From contig NW_008806275.1 of NCBI RefSeq assembly GCF_000400465.1, forward strand, positions 588,156-620,155: a DNA stretch of 32,000 nt, in the 5' to 3' direction. The notes beneath the pieces were generated by a model. It was not told where the DNA came from and ran no database searches. It saw only the letters and a list, made by a program, of their open reading frames with translations. Position 1 is the first letter of the stretch. The number at the start of each line of letters is the position of its first letter. The stretch comes from Wallemia ichthyophaga EXF-994. Taxonomy: Eukaryota > Fungi > Basidiomycota. Shown in pieces: positions 19,708 to 31,188 of this stretch. Position numbers and translations under genes: made by a program.

Positions 19708-22277
19708 ATGAACTCAGACACAACGAAACCAGAGAAATCTGAGAATCAGTAGGTTTTTAAGATAGATTATCTGCAAGGCACCTAACAATTAAAATCAAAG
19801 CCACGATATCGTTGTACGTTGGAGTCGTTGAGTGGAATCGCCGACGCTAATCACAGCCAATAGCTTGAATATCTTCGGCGGAAGGGATTTAGTGGCGCAG
19901 AAGAGGCACTCAAGAGTGATTTGACCAGTAAAGGGATAAATGCAGGCACAAACAACCACACACAAACGCTGGAAGAGTTGGCACGTCAATCTGCAGACTC
20001 AATAAAGAATCATAACCAAGATGATAATATTCCACCTGGTCCTTCAAAGGATAGCGTGTTGTTGGATTTAGTGAAATTGGCTTCAAACGATCACCTCGGT
20101 AAAGTAACCACGGATAGACTGCTTCTGACTGATCCAACCGAGCGTGAAAGAGGCTTTAGAGACTTGGATCGATGGGTTGAAGGTAGCCTAGACGTCTACA
20201 GACCTCAATTACGCCCAATTCTCTTCCCAATTTTCGTACACACTTATTTAGATCTCATCAGCCTTTCGTTCCAGAAATCTGCTAGAGCTATGCTTCACAG
20301 ACACGCTCACAGTCTAATCCCATACCACGCAGACGTTATAGCCCATCTTGGCAGTCTGACCCTCCCAGCTCACGTGAAGTCTGATCCATTGGCTATCAGA
20401 TGGAGATCACAAAAGTATATCGTCAGACTGGGTAAAGCTGCATGGAATCTGTTGTTGGGTTGGCTATCCGACGCTTTAGTTGGTGGCCCAGGTGGTTCTT
20501 CTACAGGTGGTACCGCTGAAGCTAAAGGTAGATCACTCATGTTGAAAATTGTCAATGAAAGACTAAGAGTTGATGGTGAGACATTTTCACTTTATCAGAA
20601 TTTCACTAACCACCGATACTCACGAATGCAGTCGTCGAATCCTCTACAAAGATTAGTCAAGAAATGATAGAAGAATCAACAGGTCTGATCTCTGATCTCA
20701 CAATCACTTATCCTACCATACCAGGCCAAAGAATGGCAATTGCACAATCCGCTCAAAGTTTCAATAACATTATCGGTGAATTGAAGCTAGGCTTACCACC
20801 ACTAGACGATGGTTTGAGGGCGGAAGTTGACAGACAGGTAGCAGTTAATGACGCCATGGAAAGAGAGGAGGGCATGGAAATAGATCCTCAACAACAGAAA
20901 CCACAACAACCACCACCACAACAAGAACAACCTCAACAACAACCACAATCCCAGCAACCTTCTGATCAAGGTGCACAATCTGCAGAAGCAACCCCTACAC
21001 CAAATCCACCAAATGCATACGCACCAGGCGCTGCTCCTGCCGGTACACCTCAAGATGCAACAGCTCCGCCACCACCAGCAGCAGGGGAAATTAGAGACGA
21101 AAATCACTTGCTCGCACCAACAAGAGCTGATCTCCCACCTCTGCCGGTATTCAGAACTGCAGATGTAAGGAGGGAAGTGGAAAAAGTCTTTGACAGCAGA
21201 AAGAGAATAAATTTGGGTGTCGAGTTGGAGAAATCAACTAATGGTGTTGAAGAAACTATAAAGAGTAAAGTAAATTTGCCTTCAATCTGTGCTTTCACGC
21301 TACAAGACGTTGGTGATGAGCTGAATTGCTCAACCTTTTCCCCAGACTCATCAATTTTAGCTGCAGGTTTATCTGATTCAACAGTCAGACTGTGGAATCT
21401 TCGAAATGAATCATTTACTGGATTGAGAGATGATTTCGATAGAGAGCATCCACCTTCATCTATGAAAAAACTCAAATTAGATACCGGTTTGAAGGACATC
21501 AAGTTTGTTGGACATTCTGGACCAGTTTTTGGTTTGTCTTTCGATCCTTCATTTGGCACTCCTGTTCAGCCAAGACACCTCATCTCAAGCTCTGCTGACT
21601 CCACTGTCAGACTGTGGTCGTTGGAAACCTACTCAAATCTTGCTGTCTACAGAGGACACAGAGATCCTGTGTGGGATTGTGAATGGGGTCCATTCGGTAT
21701 CTATTTTGCAACGGCTTCCAGAGACAGAACAGCAAGATTGTGGTCAGCTGAGAGACCTAATGCTCTGCGTATCTTTGCTGGTCATTTGGGTGACGTTGAA
21801 ACAGTCAAATTCCACCCTAATTCGCTCTACCTTGCTACTGGTTCACAAGACAGAACTGCTCGTTTGTGGGATGTTCAACGTGGTGCTTGTGTTAGGATAT
21901 TCATTGGTCATCAAGCTCCTCTCTCAACTATGGCTCTCAGTCCAGATGGCAAGTACTTGGCTACTGCATCTGATGATCTCTCCATATCTCTCTGGGATTT
22001 AGGAAGTGGAAAACGTATAAAAAAGATGCTGGGTCATACTGCTCAAATCAACAGTCTCAATTTTGACGCAAATTCAAACCTCCTGATCAGTTCTTCATCA
22101 GATTGCTCGATAAGATGCTGGGATATTCTCACATCAAACACTGAAAGACCTGATAATAGTACTTCTGATCTACTTGAAACATTCCACTCAAAAAACAGTC
22201 CAGCTTATCATGTCAAATTTACACCACGTAACTTATGTTTAGCTGCATTAGATGGTGGAAATATTGCAGCCGATTAA
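19708..22277 (+). CDS. TAF5: TFIID/SAGA subunit Taf5 (LisH-like N-terminus, NTD2, WD40 repeats), about 803 aa
   Basis: Exons 19708-19748, 19801-19813, 19864-20575, 20632-22277. DIVLEYLRRKGF, LRPILFPIFVHTYLDLI, LPSICAFT, GHSGPVFGLSF, LWSLETYSNLAVYRGHRDPVWD, FAGHLGDVETVKFHPNSLYLATGS. Confidence 0.95.
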
Positions 22278-22333
22278 TAATAAAGTATTCAAATTAAAAT
22301 AATGCATCTTCTCTTTATACAATAAACATTTAC

Positions 22334-25300
22334 TCAGGTTCTAATTTCAGCGCTTGATGATGGTGGTGGTGTAGATGACAGATGGCGGACATTCCTATCG
22401 ACCATCAAGCCATTTTCAGTCCAATGTTGGACGAGACGATGGTTTGTACCGAATGCATATCTGAGCACTTCGTTGTATTCCTCCACAAAAACTATATCTA
22501 GACCTTCTTTGACTGAATCTGGTACATTGGCATCTACATCCGCTTTCACGGCGTGTGGGACCAAAACTCTAGTGACTCCCGCGCGTTTGGCAGCCAACAA
22601 CTTCTCTCTCAAACCACCGACTGCACAAATTTGTCCAACCAAAGTAATTTCACCTGTCATTGCCAGATTTGAATCCACCTTCAATCCAGTCAAGAGTGAA
22701 ATAAATGCCGTGGTGATTGCCGAGCCAGCACTTGGACCATCTTTACCAATAGCTCCTTCTGGCATGTGTAGGTGTAAGTCTTTCTCATGCAAAATATCCT
22801 TATCCAGACCGAGTTCTTTGGCGTTGGACTTGACGAATGACAAGGCAATTTGAGCTGATTCTCTAATAACTTCACCAAGTTTACCTGTTAATTGTAATGA
22901 ACCTTTACCGGCGTATGATCTACATTCAATTGGCATCACTGCTCCACTACCATTACCGAGATAGCCAAGTCCTGTAGATACACCTGCAGGTGGAAGCTGA
23001 GAGTATAGTCGGTCTTTTTGGTAAATTGCAGGTCCGACGTAATCGCTCAGGTTTTCTGGGGTTATCTTAACATTAACATGCGAAGGTATTTCTAGTGGCT
23101 TTCTTGGTTGCGAAGTTACTCTTGTAGATTCATCAGATTCAGACGCTTCCGGCTTCTGCTCTCTCCCTTTTCCTTCTTCATTCTTCGTAGTGTTCTTATC
23201 AGCCTTTCCATTAGACTCCGCACTAATCTTGGCCGGTTCAGCTGATGAACTGAAGAAGTCTGCCAACATGTTTCGCTTGCTTGTCTTCTGTGATTCTGTG
23301 CTTGTAGTTTCTGTCGTTGCACCTGCATTCACTTCGTTTGGCTTGGGCGTTTCAGAAGGTATAGTCGTGGTCTTGGACATATCTTCCGCGTGCTCTTCGG
23401 GCAAGTTTTCTTCTCCCAAGTCCTTGACAATACCGAGAGCAGCTTTGCGGTAGATCTGTGCTGTGTAAGTCGTGTCAAACAAACAAGGTCATCTCGTCAC
23501 TCACCTTCTCAATGTGCTTTTTGAGATTACGTACACCGGACTCTCTAGCGTAAGATCTAATCAAGACCTCAATAGCTTCAGGCGAGAGCTCGACATTGGC
23601 GTCCTTCAGTCCAGAAATCTCTTTAGCTTGAGGAGAGAGATATCTCTCAGCGATGGCGGCCTTCTCATCTGCGACATAACCACTGACTTCTATTACCTCC
23701 ATTCTGTCGAGGAGAGGTGCAGGTATAGTGTCCAATACGTTGGCAGTCGTTACGAAGAGAATCTTAGACAGATCTAATGGAACATCGAGATAATGATCGA
23801 GGAACTGATTGTTTTGCTCAGGATCTAACATTTCCAAAAGTGCCGATGAAGGATCACCGTTGTATCCTTTACCGACTTTATCAATCTCATCAATCAATAC
23901 GAGTGGATTCTCCGTTTGAACCTTCTTCAAAGCCTGTACGATCTTACCTGGCATTGCACCGACATAAGTACGTCTGTGACCTTTAATTTCGGCAACATCA
24001 GTCAGTCCACCGACTGAGAATCTGAAAAATTGTCTACTAAGAGCTCTTGCAACAGATTTACCAATGCTGGTTTTACCAACACCAGGTGGACCGACAAGGC
24101 AGATGATTTTACCCTCGACTGAGCCTCTCAATTTGCCGACAGCAAGGAACTCCAAGATGCGATCTTTGACATCCTTCAAGCCATAGTGATCCTCGTCGAG
24201 TACATTGGTAGCATGTGGAAGGGAGAAATTCTCTGTTGAATGCTGTCCCCAAGGAATAGATGTGAGCCAATCCAAGTAGTTTCTAGTGACAGCAAATTCC
24301 GACGATGCTTGCTCGAGTGTTGACAGTTTGCTGATTTCCTCATCCATCACTTTACGAACGGGATCAGGTATAGACGTTGAAGATGATCTAGACTTGAATT
24401 TTTCCAGCATCTTATCTTTTCCATCAGACTCCAATCCTAATTCTCTCTTAATGCCCTTGAGTTGTTCCATCAAGTAAAATTCTCTTTGACGTTTCTGTAT
24501 TTTTGATTCAACATCTCTTGAAATTTTAGACTGCAATTGCGCATTAATTAGCTCGCGCTTGAGGACGGTCAGAGCCTTGCTCAATCTATCCTCGACATCT
24601 TGAGCCTGGAGCACAGCCTGAAGTTCATTAATTTCACCTTGTGAAACAGCAGCGGCAAAATCAGCGAGTTTGTCAGGTTCCTCGAAAATGTTAGACGCCG
24701 ACTGTGACACGCTAAAGTTAGCGATCTGATCTCTGAATAAGGGGTTAAGCTGAGCAATATCCTTGAAGACGTTGATCAGTTCGCTCATGAGTGCTTTCGT
24801 CGTCTGCGAGTGTGGTTTTGTCGCAGGAGGTAACTTCAAGTGAGTGACGTCTACGAGAGAGATATTGAAAGGTTCCAAGAAGGCAGTCTGGAGAGGATGG
24901 CTCTGTTGAGCTTTACGACGTTCTTTGTGAGCCTCTTCCAATTGTTTCTCTTCTTCTGGGACGGCTTGCTTGACTTCTACAGGTAATTGGTCTCGTGCGT
25001 CTTCGACTGATGGTAACTGTGGCTTTGGAGGTTTAACACCTGGAGCGTAGAGTTCGTCGATTCTGATACGACGGTGGGGGTACAATACAGCTGTTAAGCT
25101 TTCCTCTTCGTCTTTATTTGAGTTGTTCTCCTTGTCGTCATCAGATTTGCCGGTGCGAGTTGGAAATGCGGAAGTGATTTGCGCAAACACACCAACCGAT
25201 TCGCAGTCATCCATGCTATCGATTACATCAGATTCGCTGTCTGGATCCTTGTGCAGGAAAGCACCAAGATAGGGCTGGCCTCTGGACATCATTTCCTTGA

Positions 25301-25797
25301 TGGCGGCGACGACCTGAGGGTTCTTAATAACTACAGCTTTGTAGAAGCCTTTGTGGGAGAGTTAGAGAGAAGGGAATGGGATTGAGGATTACGTAAGACT
25401 TACCAGGGAAAAGAGGTCTACGGTTAATGGGTAAAGCGAGGACTCTGGGGAAGTAGGAAGGCGGAGTGTTCTTGGTAAGAGATGTTGGATTGCTGTTGTT
25501 GTTGTTGTTGCCACTATCGTCTTCATTGTCACCGTTGCTGTTACCGCCACTGTGCTGACCATTGTGAGAGGAGCTGCTGTTGCCACGCTTTGTATCGTCG
25601 GCGTCGGCGTCCAAGTTGGATTTCTTATCCAAGCTACTGGATTCGGGAGCACCACCCCTTCTCTGGGTGGAGAGTCTGGCTCTGGGTTTATCGTTGATCC
25701 AGCGTGGACCAAGATTGAGGGAGGAAGAGAAGGATCTAGAAGCTAATATTCCAAGCTGTGATCTTCTGAGTAGCCTCCTCGAAGATAATCTAAGCAT
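22334..25797 (-). CDS. PIM1: Mitochondrial Lon protease, about 1119 aa
   Basis: Exons 25797-25404, 25348-23505, 23455-22334. Arg/Ser-rich presequence, RRPLFPG|FYKAVVI, Walker A GPPGVGKT, Walker B LIDEID, catalytic KDGPSAG and GGLREK. Confidence 0.96.
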
Positions 25798-25898
25798 GTT
25801 CTTTAATTATAATTCGGCGATGATGTTGGTTGTTGAGGAAGTGGTTGTTGATTTCGGATTGTGACTGAGATCGTTTACGCAGTTTTTAATTGAGATGG

Positions 25899-25945
25899 CT
25901 GTGGGTATTTAATAGCTATCTACTTAATCAAGTATGATTGCTTAC
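25899..25945 (-). other. Probable 5'-UTR intron of PIM1
   Basis: Minus strand GTAAGC...CCCACAG, 47 nt, matching the local intron size. The branch point is weak. Confidence 0.4.
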
Positions 25946-26127
25946 CGTTTAGTCGTCTTACAAGTGCTGACGAAATTACGGTATGAGGAGAGATAAATAG
26001 AGATTAAAGTTGATTCTCGCATGTGAATCTCTCGGGATCAATTAGCATCTATTTAGAAACTGAAAGTATTTAATATTTTGTGCATTCAAATCACTTCTTG
26101 ACCATCAACAATCTATATTATCACCCT

Positions 26128-26232
26128 GTGAGTACCTTAGGTTGTGATAATAACGTAGGGAATTTAACAATAATTCAAAAAGATTCGTGAGTTTATTTGA
26201 GGCGTAAATCTCTTTTCTAAATTAAAACGCAG
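26128..26232 (+). other. Probable 5'-UTR intron(s) of MAF1: 26128-26182 and 26187-26232 around a 4-nt exon, or one long intron
   Basis: Two GTGAGT donors (26128, 26187) and acceptors AAAG (26182) and CTAAA..CGCAG (26232). Intron sizes would be 55 and 46 nt. Confidence 0.45.
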
Positions 26233-26270
26233 TGGACGCATCCGACGCAGCCAACACGCAAACAACGCAT

Positions 26271-27566
26271 ATGAAATTTCTGGAGCTAATAGATTTAGAT
26301 TTACTGAGTAATAGCCTTTCATTCACCTCCAATGAATGTAAAGTGCGTACAAGAAGTGAGTATCACGTTATCCACTGCTGTGTTGTCTAAACGTGCGTCA
26401 TACTCGGATCAGTTGAAGCGTACAGCTGCAAACAAGTAAAGAGTGATAAGAAGCTGTACAAGTTACTGGAAAATACGTACGTCAATGACCCTCCACCACT
26501 TACCCAATTCGGTAATATGGATGTCCCCTCAACGCGTAAAACTCTCTATTTGCTCATTTCAACGCTTAATCAAGCATTCCCTGATCATGACTTCACTCAA
26601 CTTCGTCCAGATGAGTTTGTTAAGGAGCCTTCTAGCAGTCTGGTCGTTAATAGACTGAGTAATATGCTCGTTAGGATGAAAGATGGCAATTCACGCTCAT
26701 ACGGTTACTATCCGTCTTCTACTCCCACTGCTGCTCTAGGTTCAAGTGCAGATAGCTTCCATTCTAATCACTCCATGTCTGATCACGATAACGACTACTC
26801 TGATCATCATCAATCTCACCTCATTGCTCAGAATACCGTGCGTAGGGTTCAATCAGGTGGTAGCGTAACAATGCAAGGTTTCAAGGCTATTTTAGATGAT
26901 GTCATCCAAATCAAAGACTGTGACGTTTTCTCGTACTCGCCCGACGCCAGTTCAGACCCCCACTCGACGTTCGACGACTACGACGATGACGACATGTCTT
27001 CTATCGGCGGAAATGAGGACACGCACTTCGATTTAGATATGGAAGAAATCGATAGCAATCACGGAAACAGTCTGTCCTCAATACCTCCATACCTTCTTGA
27101 TCAAGATAAAAGGGAGCCATCTCCATCACTCTCTGTGAAGAGCACCGGTCAATCAACAGTTGGTGATTCGGGATCCGGCTTGTTGTGGTCCACGCATTAT
27201 TTTTTCTACAATAAGAAACTCAAGAGGATGGTGTTTCTGACGATATGGAGTAGGAAGTCGGGTATATATTCACAGGGACCGCATCACCTCCCAATCAGTG
27301 ACGCTAACCCATTCTGGCTGTCCAACTCACTGCCTCCGCCTGTTAAGCTGGAGGATGAGTACGACGACTTAATGTTGTCATCTTCTGCACCTTCCAAGCC
27401 AACGAGAAGATCGACGAGGACGACAACGCGCAAGACAAAGGCCAGTGCTGGTGGAGCGGGTGGAAGCAAGCCAGTACAGGTACCAAAGAATAAGAGAAGG
27501 GCTGCGAATGCCGGGGTGAGCAAGTCGACCAAGCTGTTATCGAATGCGAAGAAGAGTAGAAAGTAG
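26271..27566 (+). CDS. MAF1: Maf1, repressor of RNA polymerase III, about 412 aa
   Basis: Exons 26271-26355 and 26413-27566. MKFLE..., IEAYSCKQVKSDKKLYK (box A), STRKTLYLLISTLNQAFPDHDFT (box B), CDVFSYSPD..DP and LWSTHYFFYNKKLKRMVFL (box C). Confidence 0.95.
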
Positions 27567-27775
27567 TTGAATCTAAAAGGAGTATATGGAGTACTATGTA
27601 CAGTGTACTATATCGCGTTGGCGTAAACAAGAACAATTTTCACTTTCAAAGATCTCACAGGTTTCCTCAACATCTCAAACACAAACATGTACCAATCACA
27701 GAGACTGTAACTATAATGAGTATTTCTAAATAAAAGAAAAAGAAAAATGACTTCAGTTCATTTCTGCCGAGGCGA

Positions 27776-28522
27776 ATGACATCACCTTCTCTCCACGCCG
27801 TGATGGAATCTCAGAAGAAACACGCCGATGAATTTTGGAAATTATTCCACAAAGCCAAGATACATTCGGATGCACCATCTGAGGATGGTGAGGATGATGT
27901 AGTTAGTGTGTACACGGGCAGTGGAATTTCAACGCCAAACAGACGCAGGGATAGAAGTGAGGAGAGGATCGGACCAGAGAGGGATCCCATGAAGATATTC
28001 ACTCACGACATATCAACCAATATATTCCGCAGATTGAGTCAGCAAGATTTGAAGCAGTGCCACAGGGTTTGCAAGAGGTGGCGTAGGTCACAAGTAATCA
28101 ACTATAGTGGGTGGAATGCTATTTGGAGGTTGATTAGACTCAACTAACGAATCTTCTCAGTCTGGTTCGAGATTTACAGGCAGAGATTCTTCGACGGCGA
28201 GAGCACGCAGAGCTTGCAAGGAAAGTGGACACGAAGGGAAAGTAGACAAGATTGGAAGTTGATGTACAAATCAGCTAATCGTAGGCCATTCGAGAGCGCT
28301 GTCGTCGAACAGCTTGAACGGTCAATCACGCCTTCTCAGATACGCGAAGCGCAATGGGACGCTGAAGCAAACAAACCACCACCAACGAAGAACGAGCAGA
28401 GGGAGGAGTATAAGCTATTAAAGGGACGAAAGCCACGGAGTAAAGGCGTTAGAGGTGAAAATACTTCAAAAGGCGTAAGGGACGAATCGGGGTACACACC
28501 ACACGATCAACAATGTCATTGA
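27776..28522 (+). CDS. F-box domain protein, about 230 aa; start uncertain
   Basis: Exons 27776-28106 and 28161-28522 (54-nt intron with CTAAC branch point). F-box-like DPMKIFTHDISTNIFRRLSQQDLKQCHRVCKRWRR, then INYIWFEIY and KWTRRESRQDWKLMYK. Confidence 0.75.
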
Positions 28523-28908
28523 AATTCTGCCAGAATTGTAATAATTTATTGTATCCAAGGGTACGCTAGCTAATGAATAAATACAAGTTGCTCATTCTAC
28601 ACTCGCAGGAAGACAGAGAACGTAGAGTGCTGCTTTTTGCATGCAGAAATTGTAATTTTGAGGAGGCAGCGGTGGAAGCTAGAGTGTACAGGAATGATCT
28701 AATGACGCAATCTAAAGAGGAAGCAGGAGTCACGCAAGATTTAGGTAAAGATCCAACGCTACCACGCACTTCAATTGAGTGTCCAAAATGCACAACCAAT
28801 CAAGTTGTTTTCTTCCAAGATCAATCAAAGCGCACAGAGACGAGGATGACCTTGTTTTTTGTGTGTACAAGTTGTAATTACGCCTTTTCAAATACGTCGA
28901 GAGTATGA
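28513..28908 (+). CDS. RPB9: RNA polymerase II subunit Rpb9, 115 aa
   Basis: Exons 28513-28560 and 28609-28908 (48-nt intron). MSLKFCQNCNNLLYPR|EDRERRVLLFACRNC, DPTLPRT, CPKC, VFFQ, MTLFFVCTSC: two zinc ribbons. Confidence 0.95.
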
Positions 28909-28944
28909 ACTCACGTCATCCACCTTGCCTTGTACAGATCAATC

Positions 28945-29521
28945 ATGTTGTTTAAGTTATTCAAATTTATTCTCTTATCTCTGCTTGTGTATGCTACACT
29001 CGCTTTTTTTATTTTTGACGACTTGCTATTGGGATATCAAGGCAAATGGAGACACATCAAGTCTTATCTTCCCCGTCCGCCACAGAGGAGCTTCAGCGTT
29101 GATCAACTTGCAGATTTCAATGGCAGAAACGGTAAAGATATCTACTTGGCTGTAAATGGTCTAGTCTTTGATGTCTCTAGCAACCCACGCATTTATGGTC
29201 CAGGTGGTATGTATCACGCCGCAGTGGCTAAAGACGCTGCCAGAGCTTTTGTCACAAACTGCTTCAAGGATCAGCCTACCCATGACTTGAGAGGCCTCAC
29301 TGAGAAGGAATTGTCTCAGGTTAAAGGCTGGCAATCCTTCTTCGATAATCACCCCAAGTACATGCTGGTCGGTGGTATATTCTCTTTAATTACCCTATCT
29401 GACGATTCAACAGATTGGCACGGTAGATACCCCGGCCATCGACCCAGATGCGCCTATCCCTGAGGATTGTGGGTTCAAGCAGTCAACGAAGGACGATGGA
29501 AAGGTGAAAAGTGAATTATAG
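28945..29521 (+). CDS. Cytochrome b5-like heme/steroid-binding protein (MAPR family, CYB5D2/neuferricin-like), about 176 aa
   Basis: Exons 28945-29367 and 29414-29521 (46-nt intron with a weaker GTCGGT donor). N-terminal TM segment, FSVDQLADFNG..IYLAVNGLVFDVS..YGPGGMY..AAVAKDAARAFVTNCF, HDLRGL, GWQSFF, PAIDPDAPIPEDC, tail KSEL*. Confidence 0.88.
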
Positions 29522-30648
29522 TCAACGCAGTCCCAAACCGACTGAGATACTTAGGCTTATTATACAAATGAGAAGATATACCGCGTTTTGATTTTGTGTG
29601 TTGGGTGTGCTAGGTTCGTTAGGTATATTGTGAGCAGAAGCCGGAGTATGAGAAGATGATTCTGCATCCACATCCACATTCTGCCTTTCTTGCTCCGCGT
29701 GTTGCATACAATGTTCAGTCTCCGGTGAAAGCACATCGACGTCGATATTCCCAGCAAAGAAATCCGTCAGCAGACTGTCGTCCAAGCTACCAAACAGATC
29801 GCTCCTGACACCTGGTGTCGATTTAATCTTACTTCTGTCAAAACTGTCGATGAAATCCGCAAGCGTCAACTGCGAATGGCTGTCTATATCGCTGAGAGCA
29901 TTGAGAGTGAAATGTGTAAATCCCTCAATGACGCCTACGCCAATTTGTTTATCAGTGTGATGACTGTAGCTGTTTTGACCCTTGACTGAGCTGCCAATAG
30001 CTAGCACATCCTGTGAATAGAGGCTATTTGCCAATGTCGCAGCTTGGCAAGTATCGCTAATAAAGAGCATTTTGTTGTATCTCTTCTTAAGTCTCATCTG
30101 TTCAACTGCATCTGCAATATCCTGGCTATTTAGCTCCTCTGTGTCCTGGAACTTGAGAAACTCATCTCCACCATGTCCGGTGAGATAGAGAAGAACATTT
30201 GAGTTTTCGTCACTTAGAAGCCGTTTACTCGATGGTGTGTGCTCCTCGTGTCTTCCTGTTAGCACACGAAGGAAATTCTCCACTGTCACTTCGTATCCCC
30301 GGTAATCAACCTCGACACGCTCGCCATAGAGATCCATTCTGTGATCTTTGTGCGCGTACACAGACCCCGGGTAGCGGTTGCGCGCATTGCAGCTGATGTC
30401 ATCTGGCAGCATGAGGATTATGTTGCTGTCTGGGATCCCGAGTCGACGGATAGCACGGTACCTGGAGAGTGAGTGTGAGTGTGTGTGCGTTACTGCGTTA
30501 CTACTGCTCACATTCCCAGTGCATTAGCTAAGTGTCTGTAATTGAACCAATATCTAGACGCGGATACGAGTATGGCCCAATTATTCGTATGTCCATCGCT
30601 GTTCCCGCTGACGAGGCAGGCTAGAAGCAGGAATAAGAGTGGAAACAT
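29522..30648 (-). CDS. GPI8: GPI transamidase catalytic subunit Gpi8/PIG-K (peptidase C13), about 358 aa
   Basis: Exons 30648-30512 and 30461-29522. Signal peptide, HTNNWAILVSASRYWFNYRHLAN, LGIPDSNIILML, catalytic LTGHGG and DTCQAA, C-terminal TM. Confidence 0.95.
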
Positions 30649-30722
30649 CACCACGCATTTCAGACCTGACAGCACCCTCATCGCCGTCGCTCACAAAGTC
30701 ATTCTCTTGCTCATCCACGGTC

Positions 30723-31159
30723 ATGTCTTCCGTTACAAGAAATCTCAACGTAGAATTTGGGTGGGTGGTGGTGTGTACTGACGCGCACAACTAACCATGG
30801 CTTCTTCTTCAGAGGTGGTCTGGAAATACTCTTCAACCACCAACGCCAAATCAAGCTCGTGGTGAGCGCACAAGGACGCAATCCAACAGTGCGCGACTTG
30901 ATCAAGAAGCTGGCAGACGAGCATATCAACGAGCGCAGAGAGTTATTCATAGAGGGTGATACAGTGTGAGTAGGCAGCCGTGACTGCAACAGCATCAGCA
31001 ACAGCGAAAGCGTGCGTTCTAACACATCTTCACACTCGCAGCCGCCCAGGTATTTTGGTTCTAATTAATGACTGCGATTGGGAACTGCGCGATGAGCTCG
31101 ATGGCGAGTTAGAAGATGGTGATGTCGTTGTATTCATATCAACGCTCCATGGTGGCTGA
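30723..31159 (+). CDS. URM1: Ubiquitin-related modifier 1, 102 aa
   Basis: Exons 30723-30760, 30813-30965, 31042-31159. [20 protein letters not shown]|[25 protein letters not shown]. Confidence 0.96.
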
Positions 31160-31188
31160 ATAGGGCGCTTCTACTCGAATAACTCCAT

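Noticed and set aside
21505-22002. 165-aa alternate-frame ORF inside the TAF5 WD40 region
   Set aside because: Leu/Val-rich pattern expected from T-ending codon bias in the main frame; no independent motif or splice support.
25930-26065. Possible box C/D snoRNA (ATGATTG, CTGA, ATGAGGA, CTGA)
   Set aside because: The C box is imperfect, there is no terminal stem, I could not match the guide to rRNA or snRNA, and it overlaps a better-supported minus-strand splice donor. An Rfam/snoscan search would settle it.
13456-31159. Apparent tRNA theme: tRNA-Gln(UUG), SerRS, MAF1 and URM1 (which thiolates U34 of tRNA-Gln(UUG))
   Set aside because: The genes are spread over 18 kb among unrelated housekeeping genes, SerRS is non-cognate and mitochondrial, and tRNA genes are dispersed; no evidence beyond chance.
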